A stretch of DNA of 63,992 nucleotides, filler included, from Dimargaris cristalligena (GCA_003614675.1; 5 parts of 5 records of this genome joined end to end with filler, not necessarily neighbours in it), one strand, 5' to 3'; shown: positions 49,179-61,747, numbered from the whole stretch's first letter. A program made the numbers and translations. The notes: generated by a model from the letters alone, not told the origin.

Positions 49179-51857
49179 GGCGGATGGAGCGTGGGAGAGT
49201 TCGGCGATGCGGCCCGCGAGGGAATAGGATGACCAATATAGCAAATGGGATGGGTGATCAGTACAAGGCAGTAGGTCGGGTGGAGAGTGAATTGGTGAGC
49301 GAAATGAGGGGGGGATCGTCCCCTTCGTCATGTAACCCAAGGTTATAAGGTAGTTGATACTATTTGTGCCAATTGCAAGCCCATTGGCCAAACGGTGCAA
49401 AGAGCCCTGCGCCATCGGACGTGTCGCGTATGGTATTTAAAGTTGGACTTACCCTGTTTTAGGTCTTGATGGGGCACGGGGCGAATGGAAGCCATGCTGC
49501 CTATAATAGCGCATGAGCAGGGGGATATGGCCCGTTCGCGTATGAATAAACTTTGGTTAGTTCGCTATGGCTAAGTAAACTATGTACGTTAATATATATG
49601 TATATGTATATACTGGTTTTTATGAATTGGAAAGCGACGATGTGGGGGAGACAGCCGCGATAAAACCCAGCCCAGGGCAGAAGGGTAAGCAAAAATAACA
49701 GGGTCTTGACGCCGATCGAAACAAAGACGAGTCAGAAAGAGGAGATGGAGAGTAACAGAGAGGTTAGCTTAGACCTAACGGCAACCACAGAGTTGAATGT
49801 AGAGTAAGAATGGCCAAACAAGACGCACTGCGAGTGAGCCACCAAGCAATTTGCTAACCACCACACACGTTTCGATGGCGGCAAAATCGACCTTCACAAT
49901 CCACTCCCGCTACTGTATTACTAAAGGACAGGTGGTTGGCTGAAAGTTTACGATGGCAACCGCGGCATCCCACCCATTTAGTTTATTAGGCTCGAAACAT
50001 CTCCCAACCAATACTGGCGGGAAAAAATGTCATGGTTGGGACATTTCTATCCCCAATCCATCAATCACCGTGACCCATTCCTGTCCAGCTGACCAATTGA
50101 AATCCAACCCTCGATACTACCCTCAACCTGACCCAGAAATGCGAATTCATGGTATGTTGTGCTAATCGCGCTATCTTGGACCGCCAGAGAGAATATATGC
50201 AGTGCTGCTGGTTCTCTCCGTAAAAGGCGGGGCATTGTGTAGTGCATTTAATCAACAACCGCCATACCACCCCATCCGTTTTATTTATAAGGCTCGGACC
50301 CATTCGTCAACTCCGTCCCAATACTCTCTATTTTATAAAAAAGCTATATACGTGCATTAAATGATCGTAAACCTGCCCGGCTATGCGTGACAATCAACTC
50401 ATGGTAGGATATATTAGCGGCCCAATTGGTCTAATATGCACTAAGATAAGTTGTGTTGCTAGAGACATTATTGTAATTAAAGGCACCATAATGCTAGGCT
50501 GGCGTACGCACATACCAAAACCCCGCCGTGGGATATGTGTGGTACGAATAACGCACACCCAGGTAAAAGAGGGGGGAAGGCCTCTCACCACTACCACCTA
50601 TGCTATCACCGCTATATCCCGAACCAAGTCACAATCGAGTTGGCCAAATCATAATAAACCGGTCTTCAGTGCCAAAGCATACCGGTAGGTCACCTGGAAT
50701 TGCTCCGCTTATATATACTCTGGGTGGGTCCGCTACGATTGGTGCTGTTGAAGGAATAGACCAGCTGGTTGAGTAGATCCTTGGCGACTCACACTGGCTT
50801 GACCAGCGATTGGATAGCATGCCGAATCACGAAGCACCACAGGGCTTGGCTTGGCCAGCCTCTAAATATAGCCCCCTAAATTGTAGGGATAGTGGGGGGG
50901 GGGTGGCAAATCATTGTAGTAGGGTCCATAGTTGACTAAAATAGGCCTATCTAGATCAGCCTCTTCCCTTACACTGCATGCCGGAGGCTTCACCAATGGC
51001 CATCGGTGCAATTGCCTAGGCCAAGTCGGGCCCAGGTGTGCAGTAATCTGATATAGGGGTGTGCGATGAGGCAGAAGGGCCAGCGGGTCCCAGATACATC
51101 CCTCCGCATCTGCACCCCCATTCGACGGACCGCTGGTTTATTATCCGGGCGATCGGAATATCACTCGGGTCGATGTACGCATTAGTTGTTTTTTCGAGCT
51201 TCGATGGAATGGATGTACCCCTAACCAACCCTCCCAAGCTAATAATATTGGCCATCTGCTTGTGTAGATCTACAACTATCCCCGTTGTGCGTTAACAGTT
51301 GCATTTACATTTAGGGACTACTGTCGACGTATCCGTAGCTATCTGTACTTGCCTTTTGTATATCAGGTATGGGACGTCAACCCCTCCCACGACGTTTCTA
51401 TGCATCTTCAACTGGGCTTTTAAAGGCCAGCGACTTGGAAGATGGGGGTGGGTATAATATAAGTATCGGCGGGAGTGCTGGTGATTCTCCTCTCTTTCTT
51501 CCAGAGCTATCGCTGCCCTTAGGCATGCTAAAACAGTGTAGCGTTGGGGGGATTATGATATTTCCACCCTAAAATTAGAAAGTGTAGTAAGCAATTCCAT
51601 CTCTGCACTTAATAATACCGATGTACATTTTACCCAAATCTGTATACATTGTTGATGTACTAAATGGGCTCCGCCCACGTAGTTTTGAGATCACCGCCTT
51701 GCGGCTAATCGTACTGGAAGACTCATGCCTATTCATGGGTGAATTAGTGGAGCTGTAGGGGTAATTTTGGGCACTTCATCGAATCTCCGACGGTATCTTG
51801 AAAGGAGACATCGGGCTGAACACTGTGACCTGGAGTGTCTCTAAGTTGATTCCGAAA

Positions 51858-51957
51858 NNNNNNNNNNNNNNNNNNNNNNNNNNNNNNNNNNNNNNNNNNN
51901 NTTAATTAATTAANNNNNNNNNNNNNNNNNNNNNNNNNNNNNNNNNNNNNNNNNNNN
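51858..51957. other. Artificial contig linker
   Basis: N44-TTAATTAATTAA-N44. Confidence 0.98.
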
Positions 51958-52880
51958 CACATTGAATTTATTGGTTACCCAAGTATTACCTATCCTTTGT
52001 GATGACTAATATTATTGTCTGGGAACTCCCCTCCCTTTCCCTCTACTTAGTCATCCAGTATTCTGGGACCTTCTCTCCCTTTCTCTAATATTCATCTATC
52101 TTTTCATTTAGGCTTCCCCTTTCGAGTATAAATAGTCTCCCTTACTGCCACCTCTTGGAATAGCAAGTTTATTATCACCTTTCCCTTTTATCACCTATTT
52201 TTTCAAATAAAGTTCAGTTTTTAAGGATTTGAGTTCAGTTCTTTATACCTTGCATTTACCTGCACTTATCCTTTATTGGTTAGTACTATGCCCACCCTAT
52301 TATTAGTAGCCTGTTTGGCCAAGCCTAAGCCCTACCTACCATTAGAAGCCTATCCTTGGGACTCTTGGTGGAGTAAGAGTGGTTAACCTGGGTGACAATC
52401 CTCACATTGATTTTCGATGTTTTCCATATTAATGGAACATGTAATTTGTGGCTTTTGTCTTGGGGTAGTTGAATGGTGGCTTTCTTGGGATCTTGCTTTA
52501 GACCCAATATTTTTAATCTTAGTATTACCATTACTAATCATATATCTACTAGTTCCTCCTCCCCACTCTGCTCTCTCTCTCTCTCTGTTGGTCTCTTTCT
52601 TTCACAATTAATTAGGCCAGGTGTCATCTAAAACCAACTGTGGGTATCCACTATCCATATATTCAATAATAAATATTTTGGTGAATCCACTTGAATGATG
52701 GGAATAGAGCAGAAGCTGATTGAGACTGTAAAGTGATCAGAGGAGGGGAGCTGAAGGGTTTGCCCTATAATTTCTTTTTACTCTTAAAGATAGACACCAG
52801 TTGATCAAGATTTAGGTACACCTGATCTATGAAGGCATTTAATCAATGTACTATATATATAACATCTTTCAATAGTACAA
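51958..52880. mobile_element. CpG-depleted repeat relic including a family A end at 52250-52397
   Basis: 52250-52397 matches 26330-26475 and ends GTTAACCTGGGTGACA (LTR-like ...CA). Confidence 0.65.
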
Positions 52881-54206
52881 GACCTACAATATTCAATTTA
52901 AAAACGTGCACTGTTGATGGGGCTCCTTGGAGAACGGAGGTTACTAATATAGTAGTAAATAATAATAGGCGATATGAAATATATATATTCCAGATGAGAG
53001 TAGGCAAATAGCCAGCACCGGTAATATAAAGGCATATCGCATCGCCTTTAGCCCAGGCACCCAAACTCCGATCACCATTCAAACGCTCGTATTGATACAA
53101 AGAACCTACTCACTGAAATGTCTACCACCTGTATGCTCGTAGCTGATATGGGGTGGAACAACCCTGCCCCTCCCTCGCATGTTCCTTATATATTGCTCGA
53201 CGGTGCACTTGCCATTCCTTTGGGAAAGATTGGCGGTTTCCGATCCCTATATTTTTGCGGACAAAAGGGTTTCGAGAACATTGTATGAATACGGTAGGTT
53301 GATTTATTGGACAACTATCGCCTAAAATACTATACCTATGCTTCAATTGGGCCAAAAGGTTTAGGAGGCCGTGTAGTCCAGAGCTAAGTGTACGACGAAA
53401 GACAGTGAACCAAACATACCATCAATGTTGCATTAAGCCAAAGGAATTTCGTCACTTTAGAATCCCGAAGCAAATTTCAACGAACGTGGGCCCTCGAAAT
53501 ATGTTTATATAAAAGGCCTGTGCTGAAATCGCTAGGAACTGGCATCATTACTACACCTCGCGCCTCTGATCAGCTACCATGTGTCATTAACGTCCTGTTG
53601 AAATCGATAAAAACCCGCTTTGGCCGTTGTGTCCAAGTGTCTAGTTAATCCTAGGTGTTGGTATTATCCGTCACCCTCTTTGCACCATTTATGTATTACG
53701 CCACCATTACTTTTCGACTCTTACCCAGGCGGTGATTAGAACCAGTGCTAACTGCATGTCCTTCCCAGGGATGCTTTAGCAGTAGCATTTCTCTTCATAT
53801 CGACTTCTGCTAAGCTCAATAAGCCCCGTTGCCTCATATTAGACAGCTACAAAACTACTAAAAACGATGTGAGCATAACTGTCGCCAGAATAATCACCAC
53901 GGAATATTTCGCAAACATCACTTGCATTTACAAATCCTGAACCTCTATTACACTATTTAGACCAACGCCCCGGAGAATTTCCGACTGAAAAACCATTTAT
54001 GGGAAATATCCGAGAAATTAAAATAACAGCAAAAAAGCCACTCTGAAATGGAAGAAGGGGGGAGGGCGAGGGTAATAGTTCATGTTCATTTACCCTACTT
54101 GCACATTCTATATCGGTGCAGCTCCATAGTATGAGGACGGAGCAACCCTCCCATCAGCCCCCCCAAAAAAACATACAACGAGGACCAACCTCTCTCGATC
54201 GTCTGC

Positions 54207-56213
54207 TTAACCTTCGTAAGAGTTCGACTTATGTTTGGGCACAAAACTAAAGTCAGCGGGGGTGGGACCCAACATCATCTCGGTTAATTTGAGCCAATCG
54301 GATACTTTGGAACTAGCCATGAGGGTTTCCAGATCGTCGCGACCCACGAACGGCGGGGGGCGTTCATTGATTTTCTGGGGCAGGACCTCCAGCAAACCAA
54401 CAGGAATGTACCGGTGCAGCATGGACATCCACTCGAGCAGGAACCGGCGGGTGTTGGTGACACCCATATCATCGGAGCCCCAGTGCTCCATACCGTACCG
54501 GGTGAACTCGCGCAGAATATCCAGCCGTTCGCGAGAGGAAATATCCCAATGGCGGCGGTTTTTAATTTCGTCGAAGATCCAGGGTTTGATGAGGGCCCCG
54601 CGGCCGATCATGATACCAGCGACCCCGGAGGCCTCCTTTTGATCATAATAGTCCGTCCAGGATAAGACATCGCCGTTGCCGAAGAGGGGCATCTCCTGCA
54701 GCGTCTCGCGGCACTGTTTAATGTAGTTCCAGTCCGCGAGTTTAAGGTACCGCTGTTGGCGACTGCGGCCGTGCAGGGTGGCCAAAGAGGCGCCCCATTG
54801 CTCAAACTGGGGGAGGAGCTCGTGGGCAATGGGCTGTTTGTTATGGATACCGTTGCGGAGTTTGACGGTGACCGGGCAGTCGAGGACGTAATTGAGACCT
54901 TGTAACATACGACGGACTTTGTTTTTACTGCCCAGCAGAGCACTGCCGGCCCCCGTGTCGAATACCGAATCGACGGGACATCCCATGTTAATGTCCACGA
55001 AATCAACGTCGAAGTGGTTCTGGATGATCTCGGCGCTCTGAATGAGTTTATCGGGGAAGCTGGCGCAGAGTTGAACCCCGAAAATATCTTCAGAGACGTG
55101 GCGGTTGATCCGGGACCATTCCGGGCGCATCCCCTTGAGCAGGTTTTGGGTCAAGGCCATTTCACCGCAGGTAATATCCACGCCGAAGCCCTTGCAGATA
55201 CGGCGGAACGGCAGGTTGCCCACGGTGGTCAAAGGGGCCAGATAGAGTTTATCGGTGAAATCCAGGGCCTTTTTCTTTTCGCGGGGGGCCAGTTTCAAGT
55301 ACGCGTCCATGCCCACGCTGGAGACGACGCCGGTCTCAGCAGCAGTGGTGGTGGTGGCGGTGTCGACGGGGGTATTTGAAGTAGAAGTGGAAGTAGGGTC
55401 AGCAGGGTCCGCGGTAGCCGCGCCTTCGGGGGTCTTCGGGGGAGCCCGGCTAGATACCTGGAGCAGCTTCATTTCTTCGCGCATACACGTGATGAATTCG
55501 TTGGCCCGGGGAGTGGCCACGGTATGCTTACGCAGACCCACCATCAGGTCGTAACTAAGCGTGTTGAGGCGAGTCTCCTGGGCGGCCGCGGCCACGGTTT
55601 CGTTGACGACTTGCTCACCGGTGGCGTCGGTATGGGCCTTGTGGAAACGGCACAGGATACCATAGGTACAGCGACCCTGGGTATCGAACATGACGCACCG
55701 GTCGCCCAGATCGGCCGGTTTGGAAGCCAGATAGGCGTCGCGGTCGTGGCTAAATTTACACTTCTCGCCCTGGGTGCAGGGTTTACCGCTCCCGATGGAT
55801 TTGCAGATGCCGTGGGCGTCACCGCGGGTCCGGTTCTTGTTCATGGTCTGGGCGCGGTCTTTATTTTGACCCCGCTGGCGCTTGCCTCCCCGACCTTCGG
55901 CCCGGTCGTCGTTGCCATTGTTGTTGTTATTATCGGCGTCGTTGTTTTCGTAGCCCTCGTCGTCGGACGCGTAGTCCCGCTTACCTCCAGTCGAGTCAGT
56001 GGTTTCGCGGATGTAGGCCTTGCGAATGGGGGCCTCGGCGGCCCGACGTTCGTCGGCCTCGGAATTGGCCTGGTAGTCCGCGCTGGGCTCCAGGGTCCGC
56101 ACCCAGACGGGCTTCTCGGCGGTGCCGGACTGGGAAGCCTCGGGACAAGCCTTGGCCAGGGTGGGATCAGTCAGCCAAAGCTCGGCGGGTTTAGGGGAAA
56201 CAGTGTTCGTCAT
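54207..56213 (-). CDS. DUS3: tRNA-dihydrouridine(47) synthase, single exon
   Basis: RQRGQNK.R, two CCCH fingers, LYLAPLTTVGNLPFRRIC, DINMGCP, LHGRSRQQRY, GRGALIKPWIF and F.PKHKSNSY. Confidence 0.96.
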   Translation of the reverse strand: MTNTVSPKPAELWLTDPTLAKACPEASQSGTAEKPVWVRTLEPSADYQANSEADERRAAEAPIRKAYIRETTDSTGGKRDYASDDEGYENNDADNNNNNGNDDRAEGRGGKRQRGQNKDRAQTMNKNRTRGDAHGICKSIGSGKPCTQGEKCKFSHDRDAYLASKPADLGDRCVMFDTQGRCTYGILCRFHKAHTDATGEQVVNETVAAAAQETRLNTLSYDLMVGLRKHTVATPRANEFITCMREEMKLLQVSSRAPPKTPEGAATADPADPTSTSTSNTPVDTATTTTAAETGVVSSVGMDAYLKLAPREKKKALDFTDKLYLAPLTTVGNLPFRRICKGFGVDITCGEMALTQNLLKGMRPEWSRINRHVSEDIFGVQLCASFPDKLIQSAEIIQNHFDVDFVDINMGCPVDSVFDTGAGSALLGSKNKVRRMLQGLNYVLDCPVTVKLRNGIHNKQPIAHELLPQFEQWGASLATLHGRSRQQRYLKLADWNYIKQCRETLQEMPLFGNGDVLSWTDYYDQKEASGVAGIMIGRGALIKPWIFDEIKNRRHWDISSRERLDILREFTRYGMEHWGSDDMGVTNTRRFLLEWMSMLHRYIPVGLLEVLPQKINERPPPFVGRDDLETLMASSKVSDWLKLTEMMLGPTPADFSFVPKHKSNSYEG

Positions 56214-57044
56214 GGCGAATGGAATGCAACTAGGCGGGACGCGACTAACTAAAGATAAATACGCTAGTATAAATATATGGAGCGAAATGGAGCGCAGTCG
56301 CAGTGAATCTCGTTGTCAATTAGAAAAGAGGCAACTTTGAGCCGAGTTAGTTGGCCCGTCTATATACAGAAAAAATAGGAAAATAATGATAGGCCCTTCA
56401 AGTAAGGAAGAAAAAAAATAGAAGCGGGCCAAGGAAATTACACCTTTAATCCTTGTAGTTTTGGAGGGAAGGGGGTGTGTACCCCCGCTTTATACTTCCA
56501 CTTTTCTCTTACCCTCGCTCTCGGCCTGTCCCCAACAGTTTCATGAGGACGAGGTATAATGCTAAAGTACGAAGGGTAATAAATTAATATTAGAGAAATC
56601 AGGCTATAGAATAGTGCAAGTTGATCGGGTCAAATCAATCGGCCATTATCATTCGCTAACCCACTGAACATAGGTGAGGGCGTGTACCACACACACACTC
56701 GCATTCACAGCTAAGACAAAAGACCCAGGCCATCAGATCAGGGACAAATGATCATTAAAGATAGGATTTAGTCAGGTGCCCAAATGCATACATTCCTTCA
56801 ATGCTACTGCGCAGTGGCATTATCCAACAATTACCTTCCCTCCCTCCCTTATTTACCCCTCAGTCAGAGTACACCCTGGCTTCCCTATTCTTGACTCCGT
56901 TTCTTTTCTACTTATCCCTCAACCACCCCTCCATTCGTTTACCTGGCCGCACCACCGTAGTCCGCCCAAGTAAACTCTGCAGTATTTACTGTCCTTGTTA
57001 TATATACCCCCTTTACACCTACACCTACCTAACGTCTACCCGCG

Positions 57045-58250
57045 ATGCGCACCACCTCGACCAGCGCGCCCGAGCAGTCTATGGACTCCCGCCCACGGGT
57101 GCGCTTCTATCCACTACCCCCGATATCCCCAAATTTTAATCCGTCCCAGGATTCCGCGGACTCGCCAGCCCCCGAGCTGCTGGCCAGTCTGCGTGCCGCG
57201 CTCGGCGGGGGAAAGCTGAATTCCTCCTCCCAGTCGGCCCCGCGCCGGTCCCATTCACGTGAACATTCCGAGTCCTCCCGCCGAACCGGCCGCCGCCATC
57301 TGCGCCGCCAGAGCAACAATGAACTGTGCGACAACCCCGCTCGCCATCTGCTCACCGACCCCACCCTACCTCCGCTCTCGGAGTTTCGCCCCCTCTACCC
57401 GCTGCGCTTCGATGCCGGGAAGGTGCGTGCCATTCTGATGAACGATAAGCGGGCCCTCCACCACGCCCAACCCAACTTCAAGTCCCCCCAGCCTTCCGCC
57501 CCTAAGTTGGCCGGGATGCCAGCCGCTGGGGCTTTGGTCCCCGCCGGCCTTCGAGGCCCTCACAACCGTCGGTTCCGTGAACGGCCCGTGGTGCAGGCCA
57601 TGGTTGAGCACTACGAGTCCCAAATTACGGCTGGCCTGAGAGTGTGGTTTCCCCCGACCTCGGTGGACCAGGATGACACGGCAGTGGCAGTGGCTGCTGA
57701 CCTACGCCCCGCGTCTCCTTCCTCGGCCCTGGCCCCCTCCTCCCCTTCTCCCCCCGCCTCACTTACTCCACCAGTAGCGGAATTTACCGACGACGAGTGG
57801 CTGATGGTGAACCCCCACGCGACTATTCCCACTGGGGACCCCATCGATCCTAATACAGTCCAGCTGCGCCAGGAGGACGAGGGTGACGAAGAGGACCTGG
57901 TTCTCCTCTCCCACGAACTCCTGGTTGACTCACCCTCGGACGATTTGGTCACGCCTGAAAGTCATTACCACCACCACCATTCTGCTTCGGATAGTAAACC
58001 CGTCCGCTTCCCGCGTTTCCTTTCCTGGGAGACGGATCCTCTGTCCCGCTTCATCATCCACCTGGTGAGCGAATACTATCACCTCCGGTCCATTAGTCTG
58101 ACCCAGACGGATGGCAAGCGGGTCATTTATGTCTTCCACCCGAATCTGTATCAGCTACCTGAGAAGGAGATTCCGGCGAAGCAGCCAACATTATCACATC
58201 CCCCATACCAATGGCCAACCCGCCGACTGGTTGAGTTACTCTCGTCCTGA
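57045..58250 (+). CDS. R3H-associated + R3H domain protein (R3HDM4-like)
   Basis: GRRHLRRQSNNELCDNP resembles the R3H-associated N-domain. RFIIHLVSEYYHLRSIS is an R3H (RxxxH) motif. Confidence 0.65.
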   Translation: MRTTSTSAPEQSMDSRPRVRFYPLPPISPNFNPSQDSADSPAPELLASLRAALGGGKLNSSSQSAPRRSHSREHSESSRRTGRRHLRRQSNNELCDNPARHLLTDPTLPPLSEFRPLYPLRFDAGKVRAILMNDKRALHHAQPNFKSPQPSAPKLAGMPAAGALVPAGLRGPHNRRFRERPVVQAMVEHYESQITAGLRVWFPPTSVDQDDTAVAVAADLRPASPSSALAPSSPSPPASLTPPVAEFTDDEWLMVNPHATIPTGDPIDPNTVQLRQEDEGDEEDLVLLSHELLVDSPSDDLVTPESHYHHHHSASDSKPVRFPRFLSWETDPLSRFIIHLVSEYYHLRSISLTQTDGKRVIYVFHPNLYQLPEKEIPAKQPTLSHPPYQWPTRRLVELLSS

Positions 58251-58569
58251 CCCTCACCTAGCTTCTTGAGACAAGCAATGGCTGGCGTTATACCGCCACC
58301 GTTCCCTTAGGTCTCGGTTCTTTTATAGCAACACTTTAGACACTGGTATTAGAAGGATGTTCGCTTAGTTCGAGCCGTAGAAGACAGTGGCCCTAGGTCG
58401 TTTCAAAAAGGCACTCTACAGCACACCATAACCCCGCCCATTTCTCAATATTTTATTTATTAAATAGCACGTTTTGTCTGTTGCGTTTTTCATGAACCAT
58501 CACCCCATGTTAGTTTCGAACTATCTAGCTGGTTATTTTAAATTAGTACCCCCAATCCAGTCCTCACCA

Positions 58570-59820
58570 AGATGCACGTGCATAGGCGGTGTGCCTTTGT
58601 AATATCCACCAATGAATTCGTCATTAATAGTCCTCGTGCCTTCGCGGCAAGAAATATGCACCATGGGCTTTGGCTTATACTACAACTTAGCCCTAGCAAT
58701 TCTAACCCAGACTGCTTGTATTTTGTATTTAGTGTGCTAGCACAAAACCTAGCCATATGGAGAATACGGTGTGTATGCCAGGATTATTATATCTCCTATT
58801 CCATATAGGTTTGTGCAACTTCACTATTATTATTGGTATATGTGGTGCGGGGCTTCCATATACAGCCTGCTGCTCGTTAGATACAGCAGTTTTCATGACG
58901 AAAAGAAAACAGCACCATTTACCCTGCTGGTTTTTCAACCGCCTACGTTGTAGTAGTGTCCCACCAAAAGACCATTGGCATTCTGAAAGTATACTCGTTT
59001 TCCTGTTGTTTGTATAGTAGTGTTTTTTATAAGTCTCTTCCGCACTTCTTCCTCCCTCCATTTCCCTCCCAAGAAAACCGATTCGCTAAACATACACCAA
59101 TCACTCGCGCCCACTTTAAACCCTAATGTATCGAGTTGGCCATAAGTACCGTCTTCCGGTAGGTAATTCCAAAGTGCTGGACTAAATGCCCATTGGTGGA
59201 ACATTCCCCCCTCAAAGCAAAGCAAACCAAACAGGCCCATCCCTTTACTTTGTGTGTATGGGATTCCGGACAATCCATAATGCCCCCGTTTAAGCCACTA
59301 GGGCATTGGCATCTTCGTCCCTTCATTCCCAGGCACAATGCTAACATAAAACCCACTCATACTTTTTTTATCCACCTCGTTTCCGGTTAACCCATTCCAC
59401 AGGATAACCCAACAGGCGAGGCCTCCTGGTCCGGCGACTACATCTACCCGAAGGGCTGGCATAACCAATCCACCTCCCGAGTGGTTGTTAAGGTAAGGCC
59501 GGTAAATCTGTGTGCTAGTGGTACTGGGTTCGACCGACCCATCCGCTTCCATGGCCCGCTCTACATATTTTGCTCAACATGGGTGGTTTTTACTATCGGT
59601 AATATATTACAACCCACTGCTAACCCCGCCGGCCTTACTTGGGTGGATATTATATACACTGGCGTGTATTTTTTATTTATATATGTTGGTCTATACTATT
59701 CAGGAGTCGGATCCCACCTGGAACATCTTGCGCTCGCCTTATCTTAGCGGAAGCGCGGCCCTCTTCTCGACCATTCTATTGATTGTTGGACTCAATTCCT
59801 TTATGTATGTCCTTTCATAG
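58570..59820 (+). pseudogene. Possible frameshifted multi-TM (GPCR-like) pseudogene
   Basis: Hydrophobic helices spread over different frames, plus PCWF and VGLNSFMY motifs. Confidence 0.25.
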
Positions 59821-60623
59821 CAGGGCCAGCGCTTACCAACGCGGCTAATGGGCAAATGTGCCTTACCTAATAAAAATGGCATCATAAATTCAACTGGCCT
59901 ATTTAATAAGGGGCCCGTCTCCCCGAGCAGGTGACTACAGTTAAGACCTGGCTTGGTGTTTCTTAAGAAGTATACCATCTTCGTATAATCCTTCGTAAAT
60001 CATAGCACCACTACTACTCCCCTCCTTGACCTAAGGTGAATGGGTAAGGGGATTTTTATATGTATGTGGGCGATATATAAAAGGTTACCCGACCAGGTTC
60101 ACGTGGCCTCGACGTTTCAATCACCACGCAGTAGCAGTAGTTTCCAAACATATTTTGGTGAAAACAAAAAGGGGATGCCAATGATAGGCTTAACAACTCT
60201 GGGGAAGACAAGCGGTGCGGGAGTGACTGGCTTCTCTTCTACAGCTCGATTCCGTGGAACCCGTTGCCGCCACCGATTAAGCGGCATTTCTAGGGACAGG
60301 CAAGTGGGATGGTATAGTACATAGGGTCAATCTAACTGGATATCGTGGTGACCAACATTCCACGCCGGCGCCCACGCCCATTCTCCTCTACTCAAAGCCA
60401 AGACTTACTGCACCGATAGTAGACATTTGCGATGCACCCCTTAAATGCCCTCCCAGGCCCCGAACTGGAGATTGGGGAGAGGTTGGCCATTGATGATTAA
60501 TCGAGAAACTCCACTCTATACATCCTATTGGCGTACACAAACACTGGCATCTCCCCCAGCCACTGACAAGGCATCCCCGAAGGGCTTTTGGACAGGGTTA
60601 TCTAATAAGGGGATGGTGGTGGT

Positions 60624-60850
60624 GTTCCAGAAGCCTCTCTCAGGTGGTATCTGATGGCTTTTAACTAGTTCAATACATTTTGGTCTGGAAATGGTGATGG
60701 GTGGCAGAATCGCATAGAAGGAATAAATACAATATAATACCTACTGACTGAAGTAAAGTGAGTGGTCGCGAATAAATGCGCATACATATATGCATACATG
60801 ACTTGTATACAACAAGGCTGCTAAATATGTGATACGCCTCGACTATAAAA
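60624..60850 (+). promoter_or_regulatory. Candidate heat-shock element (gTTCcaGAAgcCTC, 60624-60637) and TATA box (TATAAAA, 60844-60850) for YDJ1
   Basis: Imperfect nGAAn inverted array and a canonical TATA upstream of an Hsp40 gene. Confidence 0.4.
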
Positions 60851-61747
60851 GCCTTCGGTGTGCCGGGTACCACTGCAAGTCTCCCCCTATTCTACACTAT
60901 TACTCTGTTCCTTTTATCTCGCCATCTACCTCCATCGGCGGTGCTGTTTCCAGCAACTTTTAGTCACTGTCTGCACCAAGTCTGGTCCACGCTGCGATAA
61001 TTCCCCCCCAATCGAAACCCCTTCTCCCCATTCGCATTCTGTGGATTAATTCCTGTCACTTACTTATTTTCTGAGGTATACAAAACAACTTTTGGTATAC
61101 TATTGAGCCCCCCTCTCTCTCTGCCCGACTGTGTGTGTATTTTGTATAAAGAGATATCTACTTGTTCTTTCCCCTTCTATTACCTCACTCTCCTTGTGTG
61201 ACTAATCCCTGACTAAAAGGATTAGGTTGTGTTGTACATATGTGTGGTGGTCGGTAATTTTATAGTGAACCCCACTTTTACCGCCCCATTGGACTTGCCT
61301 TTCTCATTAATAATAGAGTAGTCCTCTTTTTCTATCCAACCATTTTTCGGGGTCTTTCGAGAAACTCTGGTGTTTTTTTTTCTCGTGCGTTCGCCTGCTT
61401 TCTTTAACTGACTTGGATCTCTCGTCTGGTTGGCTCACCGTCTGATCACTTAACTCTAACTCTCTTCCATTCCCCCTCTCTCTTGGCACAGCCTTTGCTC
61501 TTTTTTATACGTCTATTTCCCTCCCCCACCTGCCTCTCTTTTTACGATACGAGTGCCTTGTGTGTGTTTTTGCCGCCCCGAGTAATCTGCTGTAGTCGTT
61601 TTCTGCTGGAGAGCATCCCTTTCTGTCTACCTGTCTCTGTGTGTGTGTGCTATCTGTTTGTTTCCCCTTCCATCTTCCCTATTTCCTCCTTCATCTGCAT
61701 TGGTTCCGTTTTCTCGGTTTCTTTTTACTGCATACTAGACAATCACC

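Noticed and set aside
49800..51857. Short ORFs upstream of the BRWD gene (likewise 23300-24900 and 28600-30700)
   Set aside because: No motifs, coding bias or splice-consistent models that I could support.
12952..51913. TTAATTAATTAA recurring every ~13 kb as a biological periodic repeat or array
   Set aside because: It is always embedded in N44 pads and is a six-frame-stop assembly linker.
15577..56213. tRNA-modification gene cluster (TUM1, TRM82, DUS3)
   Set aside because: DUS3 is on a different contig, so only the TUM1/TRM82 adjacency is real.
2022..58250. Two R3H proteins, or CHD1 plus BRWD, as linked modules
   Set aside because: They lie on separate artificially joined contigs.
59520..59550. 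GGTTCGA as a tRNA T-arm
   Set aside because: No proper T-stem register or cloverleaf. No tRNA, rRNA or snRNA was recognised anywhere in the window.
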